The translations under genes and the position numbers were made by a program. From positions 5,056,001 through 5,120,000 of the forward strand of contig OY762069.1 in the NCBI GenBank assembly GCA_963665095.1: 64,000 bases of DNA, given 5' to 3'. Shown here piece by piece: positions 48,902 through 57,980 of the stretch. The stretch comes from an uncultured Desulfobacter sp. GTDB lineage: Bacteria > Desulfobacterota > Desulfobacteria > Desulfobacterales > Desulfobacteraceae. Position 1 is the stretch's first letter; every line of letters begins with the position of its first letter. The notes under the pieces are model-generated. The model did not search any database. It was given only the letters and a program-made list of their open reading frames with translations, and had not been told where the DNA came from.

Positions 48902-51328
48902 ATGAACAGGGTTCTACTATTTCTTTTGTTTATTCTGGCCTTATTCTCTTCTACGAATGTTATTGCTGATGAAGCTGCCCAATCGGATCATATCCCATGG
49001 TCGGGGTGGTGGTGGCCGGATAATGTCGGTTCCCTGGCAACTGGAGACGATTACAGAGGCAGTCCGGCACCTTTGGAAAAATATGATCTGGTTACATCCG
49101 ATGAGCAGCAAGGGCCTGCGACAACCTATTATTTAACTTATAGATATGATGCCGACGCTCAAACCTGGGAAGGACTTTGTGACGCCTGGTCTGCTGCTTC
49201 TATTCTTGAGGATATTGATTTTGCGGTGTCAACAATCAGTAACCTGTATTTTTATATAGGAGACAAGAAAGGGCTGGTTACCCTGGCCTATGAAAGGAGC
49301 TTTAATACAGGGGTGGCTCAAACATCCACTTCTCCCCTGGTTTTCCATGAATGGCTCCAAAACTATATACGGGACGCTGGTGTTCCGTTTTATGCAGACC
49401 TGGACTGCAGTGCCCAATCCTGGAATTATCCTATTTTTGAATATAGCATGGATATTACAGACATGGGTGATGAGACCTATGTATCCTGTACAATCTGGTA
49501 CGCGGACGACGGTGTGGATCCGGACTATTCCGGCACCAAGGTGCGAACCAGGGCCTATGAGTATACGTTGTATAACGACGGAACCGGATATTCCGGCGGA
49601 GAATGGGGACTGGACAATACTTCAAACCATCCTGAAATACTAAACCGTCCGGCTGAGGCGGTCGCGGCCAATCCATACCTTGATTATGACACTATAAAAA
49701 CCATTGCTGAATCCGTTGATGACGCTATTGAATCAGATCTTGCAGTGGCGTTGAATCCTGGTATGTACAATTTGATTCTTATGAACAAGGACCAGTACAT
49801 TGTTGATGCGGAAGACTCGGATACGGCATATATAGAGATAGAACGGCTTGACGATACTGACGAGTATATCAACATAGAGATCACTGATGCTGCCGGAGAT
49901 TCGATTTATACCGGCACCATTACCGAGACCAAATCAATCCCCCTTGATTACGGAACCCCTCCCTATGACGTTGTCTTAAGTAAAGACAGCTATGATAATC
50001 CCGGCCTTTACAGAATTCAATATGATGTGAGAAAAAACTTTGAGTTTGTGCGCCCTAAAACCCAGAAAGGATATGGGTGGGGGGGGTATGCACTTGTTAA
50101 TACCTCAGAAGATACAATTTCTGATATTATTATCAGTGGATATACCGATGACGGAACGCCGCTGGACTCATTTATTGGCCCGTTTTCGCTGAATGCCGGA
50201 GAAAAGAAAGTTGTTCTTACTTCGGATTTCTCTTATCGTAATCAAATCGAAAAAGAGAATTTTTACGGCATTAAAATACAAAGTCCTGAAAATTTATCAA
50301 TTGTTAATCTTTCAGGATCCCTTGACAGCCATATGGCCCTTGTATCATCCCAGGATCTGGGTACAAAATTAATAATTCCGGCATATCCTCAGTCTACCGA
50401 TTTTTCTGAGATCAGGAACTGGGGGGTTTATAACCCATGGGTCCGGTCAGCCCAGACAACCATGACATTGTACTCTGAAAGCGGGGACGAAGAGGAAAGT
50501 GTGGATGTAGAGATAAGCCCCATAGGGATTAACCATTACGGGAATTCCGATGGGCCCTTTGAATCTTCGACAGGCAATGGGTGGGTATCCATTGAATCCA
50601 ATAAAGATATTTCGTGTTATCAGGAATGGCTATCAAGCCGAAGCGACTTTAATGACGTTCTTCCAGGACTCATACCTGGGCTTTTATTTTATCTTCCTAA
50701 CATTTCCGTCAGTGGTGGTTGGGATACAACCATTACTTTAATTAATACCTCGGAAAATGAAAACCAGGTTTCCTTTCAAATTCTTAACCCTGAAATCAGT
50801 GAAACTCTTCTTGTCCGGATAATGCAGCCATTCGAAAAAATAGAGATAGATGCCGCTGACCTGTTTTCCGGATACTCCAATCAACAGGTGACGGCCTCTT
50901 CACTTAGGATCACATCTGACAGCCAGATAGCCGGATACTACACCTACACTGCTTCCGGCTCATCGGAATTTATGGCCATTCCTCTGTCAGCTGAAACCGA
51001 CATAAAGCGTCAGCTGACTCTTCCCCATGTTGCTTCGGGAGACGGGTGGTGGACCGGCGTCAATCTGTTTAATCCTGGCTCAAATAACTCCGTACTCAAC
51101 CTTTTGCCTTATGACAGCACTGGCCTCCTTTTGGAAGCAAAAAAAGTCATGATCACTCTTGAAAAGAATCAAAAGCTCACTACATTGCTTTCAGATATTT
51201 TTGACCTTGAGTCCGGATCTGCGATAGATTATGTAAGGATAGAAGTTGAGGAAGGAAGCGCTGTGTTCGGAACCTATGGATATGGATATACCGGCATGAA
51301 GATGCTGGCTGCATCACGGTTAAATTAA
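48902..51328 (+). CDS. Secreted GP42/transglutaminase-elicitor-like protein with four C-terminal beta repeats
   Basis: Signal peptide; PWSGWWWP, PLEKYD, WEGLCDAWSAASI, GDKKGL, WNYPI motifs; C-terminal ~100-aa repeats containing P..GW...N. Confidence 0.65.
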   Translation: MNRVLLFLLFILALFSSTNVIADEAAQSDHIPWSGWWWPDNVGSLATGDDYRGSPAPLEKYDLVTSDEQQGPATTYYLTYRYDADAQTWEGLCDAWSAASILEDIDFAVSTISNLYFYIGDKKGLVTLAYERSFNTGVAQTSTSPLVFHEWLQNYIRDAGVPFYADLDCSAQSWNYPIFEYSMDITDMGDETYVSCTIWYADDGVDPDYSGTKVRTRAYEYTLYNDGTGYSGGEWGLDNTSNHPEILNRPAEAVAANPYLDYDTIKTIAESVDDAIESDLAVALNPGMYNLILMNKDQYIVDAEDSDTAYIEIERLDDTDEYINIEITDAAGDSIYTGTITETKSIPLDYGTPPYDVVLSKDSYDNPGLYRIQYDVRKNFEFVRPKTQKGYGWGGYALVNTSEDTISDIIISGYTDDGTPLDSFIGPFSLNAGEKKVVLTSDFSYRNQIEKENFYGIKIQSPENLSIVNLSGSLDSHMALVSSQDLGTKLIIPAYPQSTDFSEIRNWGVYNPWVRSAQTTMTLYSESGDEEESVDVEISPIGINHYGNSDGPFESSTGNGWVSIESNKDISCYQEWLSSRSDFNDVLPGLIPGLLFYLPNISVSGGWDTTITLINTSENENQVSFQILNPEISETLLVRIMQPFEKIEIDAADLFSGYSNQQVTASSLRITSDSQIAGYYTYTASGSSEFMAIPLSAETDIKRQLTLPHVASGDGWWTGVNLFNPGSNNSVLNLLPYDSTGLLLEAKKVMITLEKNQKLTTLLSDIFDLESGSAIDYVRIEVEEGSAVFGTYGYGYTGMKMLAASRLN

Positions 51329-51421
51329 TATCAGGATGAAGCTATATTCCGCAGGGCTTCGGATCATCTTTGCGTGTGGTTGAGCGCTTCACTCAGCCTA
51401 AACGTTAATAAAAGGGAAAAA

Positions 51422-52474
51422 TTGAAATTGTTTAAGATTGTCAGATGTATTTTTTTAGCTTGTTTACTTGTTATGCTGGCTGCAACTTTGCCGGCAAGTG
51501 CAAAAGAGCTTGTTGTTGCCTTCACCAGTGATACGGCAGGGTTGGTTCTGCCCTGTGGTTGAGCCGTTAAAAAAGGAGGACTGGCCCGTCGGGCCGGTGC
51601 AATTGAAGATCTCAGGAAAAAGAATCCCAATTTTATTCTGGTGGATGCCGGAGATATGTTTTTCAACACCAGGACGATTCCGGAACAAAGAGCCAGTCTG
51701 ATTCTTCGCAGTATGGATTACATGAAGTATGATGCGGTTACTTTGGGTGAAGGGGAGTTCGGGTTGGACTTTAAGTTTTTAGTCAAGGCGCTTTCCCGCA
51801 CCTCTATGTCTTATGTGTCTTCAAATCTTCAGATATTATCTGATGATAATAAAACAATTTTTACACCATACATTTTAAAAAAGATAGATGGCATAACGAT
51901 AGGTATAACGGCGGCTACACCCGGCGTAATGATGAATGATTCTGTCCGACAGAATCGCAGGATCACGATTAATAAGCCTATTCCTTCCCTGAAGAAGATT
52001 GTTGAAGAGCTGAAGGGTAAGAGTGATTTCATCATTGTGCTTTCACATTTCGGCAAAAGTGGCACTCAGAATCTATTACGGTATAATGATTTTTCTGATG
52101 TTTCTCTGGTTGTTGCCGGGCATGGGAGGGGCATTACCAATAAAGCAGAGAAACAGGGCGATACCATCATTGTCCGGAACAGCATGGGTGGAGAGTATCT
52201 TGGTGTAATTAGATTTAACCTTGAAAATACAGGAAAAGTAAAAGATTTCAAGATTGAAAATATTCCACTTAGCGACAATCTGCCGGAAGATAAATTCATT
52301 GCTGGAGAGATTGAAAAATTTACAGCTTTGGATGTAAAGGTCAAGCAAAAAAAAGAGAAACAGGATCGCTTGGTAAAAAAAGAGAAGGAGCGTGCAGAGG
52401 AGGCAAAAAAAGCAGATGAAATTCTACAGCTTTCTCCGGAAGCATTCATCAAAATGATGGATCAAAATAAATAA
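51422..52474 (+). CDS. UshA-like (5'-nucleotidase fold) periplasmic selenoprotein, CxU motif
   Basis: ORFs 51374-51562 and 51641-52474 are in one frame joined by TGA 51560-62: signal peptide...FTSDTAGLVLPCG-U-AVKKGGLARRA...LVDAGD. TTG start behind AAAGGGA. Confidence 0.85.
51580..51598 (+). promoter_or_regulatory. Bacterial SECIS element
   Basis: ACTGGCCC-GTC-GGGCCGGT 8-bp stem; apical loop begins with G, 25 nt after the UGA. Confidence 0.75.
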
Positions 52475-52480
52475 ATTGCC

Positions 52481-52517
52481 AGGACCAACAAATCCTTTAG
52501 AAGGGTTTGTTGGTCCT
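52481..52517. terminator. Hairpin between convergent genes (probable bidirectional terminator)
   Basis: AGGACCAACAAATCCTT-TAG-AAGGGTTTGTTGGTCCT, 17-bp stem with one wobble. Confidence 0.7.
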
Positions 52518-52955
52518 CATTTTTGATTTGTTCAGAACCCAGTTTCCTGATTCGAAAAGCCAGAGTTCACTAACGGTCGGATTGAGGGGATACCCCATTT
52601 TGATAATCTTGAATCTCAAGGACACTTCATATTCATTCTTCGTTCCTGGGATCGGTCTGATACTCAAAATGTCATAGTCTGAAACATTTTTCATTTCACC
52701 CCGGGAAACAAATTTTTCTTGTTTGACTGAGTTGCGAAAATCTTTGTTGGTCATATTGTAAACTGTTGCCCAGTCTCTTTGGCTTCTGGCTTTCCATAGC
52801 TTATATACAGCTTTCTTCAGTGTTGCTGTGCCGTTATCATCGCCAGGTGTAACAGACGAATTCTTTGAAATTACCGTACAGGAGGAAAGTAAAAAAATCA
52901 AAATTACAGAAAGACCTGTAATACCTACTGTGTAATAGCTGGCAGACTTATTCAT
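52497..52955 (-). CDS. Small lipoprotein (NTF2-like fold suspected)
   Basis: Lipobox LLSS|C; LWKAR..DW..VY; C-terminal W.FE.GNW. Confidence 0.7.
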   Translation of the reverse strand: MNKSASYYTVGITGLSVILIFLLSSCTVISKNSSVTPGDDNGTATLKKAVYKLWKARSQRDWATVYNMTNKDFRNSVKQEKFVSRGEMKNVSDYDILSIRPIPGTKNEYEVSLRFKIIKMGYPLNPTVSELWLFESGNWVLNKSKMRTNKPF

Positions 52956-53931
52956 TCTTCTCCTGGCTGGTTTTTGTATTTTTCATTTTCCGGTCTATAC
53001 TTCTCAGAAGGCTTTTTGCGGTTTTATAACCAAGTTGATCTGCCTTTTTTGCATACTTTATCGCAGAGTCAAAATTGTTGATATCTCTGTATGCCACAGC
53101 CAAATTAAGATTGGCCTTTGCCATATCCGGTTTAAGTTCTACCGCTTTTTGGAAATATGGCACTGCCGTTTCCGGTTCTTTTTTTATCATGTAGAGACTG
53201 CCTAAATTTACGTAGGCTTCAGCAAATTGCGGGTCAATTTTAATGGTCTGTTCAAAAAATTTGAGGGCCTCCGTCCTTTCTCCCTTTTTGCCGTGCATCA
53301 CGCCAATGTTGTAATATGCCTTTGCAAATTTAGGGTCAAGGTTGATAACGGTCTGGTAACATTCCAATGCTTTATCGTCCATGGTTATCATTTCATACAA
53401 GGTACCCAATTGAAAATGCGCTGTTGGAAGTTTATGGTTAATTTTAATCGCTTTTTTGCAATGCACAATTGCCTGTTCCAGGTTGCCCTGCTGCCAGTAA
53501 AAAGTACTTAGATTGAATTCAGCCCAATCCTGTCTCGGATCAATTTTAAGTAACTTTTCATACTCTTCTATCGCCTTTTCAGGTAGGTTCATGGCCGAGT
53601 AAACATTGGCCAGATTGAATTTAATCAAAATGTTATTAGGGTCAAGTTTGGCTGCCTCGTCAAATTCATCAGCAGCCTCTATCCACCTTTGGTTCTGGGC
53701 CATGATAACCCCTAACCTTACCCTTAATACGGATTCCAGGGCCGGATTGATATCCCAGGCCTTCTCATACTCAGACTTGGCAGATTGAAATTCAAGTTTT
53801 TTAAGAAAATCATCCCCTTTTGAGACATAGTCCTTAGCAGCATCGGCGGCGATCAGTAAAGACGGGCAAAAGAAAAGTATAAAAAACAAAGGAAAGAAAA
53901 TTCGTGTGGCTGTTGTTCTGCCAAAACACAT
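52948..53931 (-). CDS. Exported TPR protein
   Basis: Signal peptide plus ~8 tandem TPRs (e.g. AKAYYNIG, AEAYVNLG). Confidence 0.88.
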   Translation of the reverse strand: MCFGRTTATRIFFPLFFILFFCPSLLIAADAAKDYVSKGDDFLKKLEFQSAKSEYEKAWDINPALESVLRVRLGVIMAQNQRWIEAADEFDEAAKLDPNNILIKFNLANVYSAMNLPEKAIEEYEKLLKIDPRQDWAEFNLSTFYWQQGNLEQAIVHCKKAIKINHKLPTAHFQLGTLYEMITMDDKALECYQTVINLDPKFAKAYYNIGVMHGKKGERTEALKFFEQTIKIDPQFAEAYVNLGSLYMIKKEPETAVPYFQKAVELKPDMAKANLNLAVAYRDINNFDSAIKYAKKADQLGYKTAKSLLRSIDRKMKNTKTSQEKNE

Positions 53932-54064
53932 ATTATGGGACCTCCAATATTGGATGCAAGATTAAAAAAATAGAAAATAATTTTTATATGATTTTCATTG
54001 CAATTGCAACCTAAAAATTATATGAATGGCCTGATTTCCGAATAGGTTATATATGGAGGACATA

Positions 54065-55024
54065 ATGAAAAACGGCTTTCAAATCGGTAGGTTGACTCTT
54101 ATTTTCTGGGTATGTCTCAGCTTACTGTTAGGTGGTCTGGCCATCGCCGGTGCTGCTAAAAAATCTAATCCTGCCGCCAACACTGAGGAACGGCAAAAAG
54201 TCACCGATACGGTGCAGGATGGTGAAAAACAAAACAGGACGGTTCCAGGTCCGGTTAACAAGCCTCTTACAGAGGCAGAAAAATGGGACGCTTTGAAAAA
54301 AGCGGCTGAAAGCGGAGATGCGGAAGCCCAATACAATATAGGTTTGAGTTATGAAAGGGGAACCCTAAGTGTCCCCAAGAATCTGGTCACGGCGGCCGAG
54401 TGGTATGAAAAGGCCGAAAAAAATGGCCATAGAGGCGCGCAAAATAAGCTTGCGGTTATTTATTACCAGGGGTTGGCAGGATATAAAAAAGATCAGGCCA
54501 AAGCGGCAGAGCTATTTGAAAAATCAGTGGAACAGGGAAGCAGTGATGCCATGTTCATGCTGGGCAGGATTTATATGAATGGTGCCCAGGGTGTTGAGCG
54601 CGATTTCAAGCGCGGGAGTGACCTGCTGAAAAATGCCGCATCCATGGGCAATGAAATGGCCATGGATGATATCGGTGTGATGTATTACAACGGCAATGAG
54701 ATTCTTTCAAGGGACAGGGGCAGATCCTTTCTCTGGTATAGGCGGGCAGCCCTGAAAGGATATACCCCGTCAATGGTGCATTTAGGATCCATGTTTTACT
54801 ATGGCATTGAACCGGTGGATAAGGATGAAGATAAAGGCATTGAGTGGGTGGAAAAGGCAGCCAACAAAGGAGATGAAAGGGCATATAATCTGCTGGTGGA
54901 ATGGGGCGGTGGAAAAGAAATTGAAAAACAGGCGACCTTTGAGCTGAAAAAAGGCGGCAACCTGTACGAAGACAAAAAAGAACAAGCGGAGACGTCTGGA
55001 GACGATTCCGGTAAAAAAGAATAA
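54065..55024 (+). CDS. Exported Sel1-repeat protein
   Basis: Signal peptide; AESGDAEAQYNIG-type Sel1 repeats (~5). ATG 54065 behind GGAGG. Confidence 0.88.
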   Translation: MKNGFQIGRLTLIFWVCLSLLLGGLAIAGAAKKSNPAANTEERQKVTDTVQDGEKQNRTVPGPVNKPLTEAEKWDALKKAAESGDAEAQYNIGLSYERGTLSVPKNLVTAAEWYEKAEKNGHRGAQNKLAVIYYQGLAGYKKDQAKAAELFEKSVEQGSSDAMFMLGRIYMNGAQGVERDFKRGSDLLKNAASMGNEMAMDDIGVMYYNGNEILSRDRGRSFLWYRRAALKGYTPSMVHLGSMFYYGIEPVDKDEDKGIEWVEKAANKGDERAYNLLVEWGGGKEIEKQATFELKKGGNLYEDKKEQAETSGDDSGKKE

Positions 55025-55047
55025 TAAATGATCCGGCAGCCATTGTT

Positions 55048-55866
55048 GTGTATAATAGCTTAAATCCATTTAAGGTTTTTCGTCACCTCTGGAATTATAA
55101 AGATCTTATATCAAAACTTTCCAAAAAAGCGATCCTGGTCCGGTACCGGGGGTCGCTTTTAGGGCTTTTATGGGCCTTTGTCCAGCCGTTGATGATGCTG
55201 GCCGTATATACCTTTGTGTTTTCGGTTATTTTTGAGGCCAAATGGGGGCAGGATCTGGATCAGGGACGTCTCTCCTTTGCCCTGGCCCTGTTTGTTGGAA
55301 TTTTGACCTTTAACATCATTGGGGATACGGTGAATGCCTCTCCCCAACTCATACTGGGGCATGCCAATTTTGTCAAAAAAGTGGTATTCCCTCTTGAGGT
55401 GCTGCCTCTGGTCAAGTTGATCGAATCCCTGGTTTTTTCTTTTCTGGGGCTTGTGGTTCTTCTGGCTGCCCAGGTGCTCTTCGAACATAGTGTGAGCAGG
55501 ACATTGGTCTTTTTGCCGATAGTCTGGCTGCCGGTCAGTCTTTTTGCACTGGGGTGGAGCTATCTGATTGCTTCTCTTGGGGTATTTATCAGGGATATTG
55601 GATCTATGACCGGCGTGGTGGTTACCATGCTCTTTTTTTTAAGTCCTATATTTTATCCTTTGAGTGCTGTGCCCGAGAACTTAAGAATATACTGTCAGAT
55701 GAATCCCATTGCCATGTTTGTTCAGGATGCCAGAAGGGTTGTGTTGTGGGGACAGATGCCGGACTGGTGCTGGTTTTCAATTTATTTCCTGATTTCCCTG
55801 GGGGTATTTGTTCTCGGTTTTGCCTGGTTTATGAAATCCAAAAAAGCCTTTGCTGATGTCTTGTGA
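55048..55866 (+). CDS. wzm: ABC-2 polysaccharide exporter permease Wzm
   Basis: RYRGSLLGLLWAFVQP, VKKVVFP, FIRD, SPIFYP, NP, FADVL. Confidence 0.92.
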   Translation: MYNSLNPFKVFRHLWNYKDLISKLSKKAILVRYRGSLLGLLWAFVQPLMMLAVYTFVFSVIFEAKWGQDLDQGRLSFALALFVGILTFNIIGDTVNASPQLILGHANFVKKVVFPLEVLPLVKLIESLVFSFLGLVVLLAAQVLFEHSVSRTLVFLPIVWLPVSLFALGWSYLIASLGVFIRDIGSMTGVVVTMLFFLSPIFYPLSAVPENLRIYCQMNPIAMFVQDARRVVLWGQMPDWCWFSIYFLISLGVFVLGFAWFMKSKKAFADVL

Positions 55867-55987
55867 ATTTTGGCTAAAGAGATTAGATTGCTATTCATAA
55901 GTTTTGTTTGACTTATTGCTTTCGATCTCTGTTCAGGACTGAAGCGGATAAACCATTGGGTCGCTCGTGGGAGCTATAGGGGAAAAT

Positions 55988-56602
55988 GTGCATAAAAGTT
56001 CTTTTGATAAAATGTTGTGCTTTCGGCGCAAATACCTTTCCGGGAAAGAGAATGAGCGTCTTTTGATCATGGATCTGGGCAGCCAGGATGTAAACGGGTC
56101 ATATAAACCCTGTTTTGAGAACGAAAACTGGTGCTATAAGGGGCTGGATATGGCCCCGGGCAAAAATGTTGACATTGTGCTGGATGATCCATACTGTTGG
56201 AAAGAGGTCCGGACTTCCAGTGTGGATGTTCTGGTTTCGGGACAGGCGTTTGAGCATGTGGAGTTTTTCTGGGTTACTATTATGGAGATTGCGCGGATAC
56301 TGAAACCCGGTGGGTTGGCCTGCATCATTGCGCCCTCCGGAGGGTATGAACATAAGTATCCTCTAGACTGCTGGCGGTTTTACCCGGATGGATTCCGGGC
56401 TCTGGGAAGATATGCCGGGCTTGTAGCGCTGGAGGCATTTGCCCAGTGGGAGAATGATCCGGATTACAGGGATGACAGTAATTTTTGGCATGACTGCGTG
56501 CTGGTTGCCGAAAAACCAAAGCTATCTCTTATTGAAAGAATGAAATTTGAAATGCGAAGCCGGGCTGGCAGGATACTGATTCGCGGGCTTGGAAATAAAT
56601 AG
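55988..56602 (+). CDS. SAM-dependent methyltransferase
   Basis: DLGSQDVNG, GQAFEHVEFFW, ILKPGG, YPLDCWRF. GTG start at 55988; ORF open from 55967. Confidence 0.85.
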   Translation: MHKSSFDKMLCFRRKYLSGKENERLLIMDLGSQDVNGSYKPCFENENWCYKGLDMAPGKNVDIVLDDPYCWKEVRTSSVDVLVSGQAFEHVEFFWVTIMEIARILKPGGLACIIAPSGGYEHKYPLDCWRFYPDGFRALGRYAGLVALEAFAQWENDPDYRDDSNFWHDCVLVAEKPKLSLIERMKFEMRSRAGRILIRGLGNK

Positions 56603-56628
56603 GAAGAGCGGTAAGGCTTTTCTCTGGA

Positions 56629-57966
56629 GTGAAGGCAATGAAAGTTCTATTTGTATATTTGAATCTTGAGACCTCTAATGTCATGCATTTTCCCCCGGGT
56701 ATCGGGGTGCTGTCTGCAATGGCTAAGAAGTACGGGCACGAGACTAAATGCCTATATGTGAACAGTGAGATGTCCGCCGATGAAGTTCTGGCCTTTATCG
56801 GAGAATATGATCCCAATTTAATTGGATTTTCCGTGGTGACCCATCAGTGGGCCCATGTAAAAGAGTATGCGGCGCTGATAAAAACAAAGTTTAAAGCGCC
56901 TATAATATGCGGTGGTGCCCATCCCACTTTTCATCCGGAAGAGGTGGTTGCAGATCCAAGTATTAATTTTGCCTGTGTGGGGGAAGGGGAGTTTGCGCTT
57001 ATTGACGTGCTTGAACGGATGGAGAACGGTGGGGATCTGGCCTCTATTCCCAATATCTGGGTAAAAAATGAAGACGGTACCATTTTCCCCAACGAACCCA
57101 GACATCTCATAGAGGACCTGGATATCGTTCCCTTTCCGGACAGGGATATTCTTCCTTTCCAGAAAATTGTGGATTCCTGCAATACCGAACCTGTGATCAT
57201 GGCATCCCGAGGGTGCCCTTACAGCTGCACGTTTTGTTCTAACAGCGCCTTTAAAGCTCTGTACAGGGGAAAAGGCCACTGGGTGCGGCAGCGGAGCCCG
57301 GAAAACGTTATTGCTGAAATCCGGGAAATGAATGAAAAGTTTAAAATTAATACGTTAAACTTTTATGATGAGTGTTTTGGATATCAACGCAAGTGGATTA
57401 AACGGTTTTGTGAACTGTATAAAGAGGAGTTCGGATTTCCCTTTGGCTGTTTTATCCGGGCGGAGTCCATGGACCGGGAGACCTTTCATCTCATGGCCGA
57501 AGCGGGGTTGAAACTGATCTACCTCGGCGTGGAATCAGGCAACGAGAATCTGAGAAGAAATGTGATGAACCGGAAAGTCGGGGATGACAGGATCATCCAG
57601 GCCTGCCGGGATGCCCAGGCAGAAGGCATCCAGGTCTGGACCTATAATATTGTCGGCATCCCCGGGGAAACCGTGGAAACCATTGATGAGGCCATGGAAT
57701 TGAACCGGAAAATCAATCCGCATTTTGTCAGTATCTCTTTGTTTCAGCCGCTTCCCGGAACAAAGCTCCATGATCTGTGTGTGGAAAAGAATTATTTTTC
57801 CGGAACAACAGAATCCAAGAGTTTTTATGATGACTCTTTTTTGAACCTGCCCACCATCACGCATAAAGAACTTATGGCCAAATTCAGGGAATTTCAAGCC
57901 CTGTCGAACGAGATCCGCCTGGCCCATGAGGCCAAAGGGGAGAAGATTTTTCTGGCTGATATATAG
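56629..57966 (+). CDS. Cobalamin-dependent radical SAM enzyme (class B methyltransferase-like)
   Basis: B12-binding N-domain (GGAHPT, GEGE), SRGCPYSCTFC, GVESG. Confidence 0.88.
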   Translation: MKAMKVLFVYLNLETSNVMHFPPGIGVLSAMAKKYGHETKCLYVNSEMSADEVLAFIGEYDPNLIGFSVVTHQWAHVKEYAALIKTKFKAPIICGGAHPTFHPEEVVADPSINFACVGEGEFALIDVLERMENGGDLASIPNIWVKNEDGTIFPNEPRHLIEDLDIVPFPDRDILPFQKIVDSCNTEPVIMASRGCPYSCTFCSNSAFKALYRGKGHWVRQRSPENVIAEIREMNEKFKINTLNFYDECFGYQRKWIKRFCELYKEEFGFPFGCFIRAESMDRETFHLMAEAGLKLIYLGVESGNENLRRNVMNRKVGDDRIIQACRDAQAEGIQVWTYNIVGIPGETVETIDEAMELNRKINPHFVSISLFQPLPGTKLHDLCVEKNYFSGTTESKSFYDDSFLNLPTITHKELMAKFREFQALSNEIRLAHEAKGEKIFLADI

Positions 57967-57980
57967 GAAGGGTTGTAAAT

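Noticed and set aside
51374..51562. Stand-alone 62-aa ORF or pseudogene fragment
   Set aside because: Better explained as the N-terminus of a selenoprotein: in-frame continuation, CxU context and SECIS-like hairpin.
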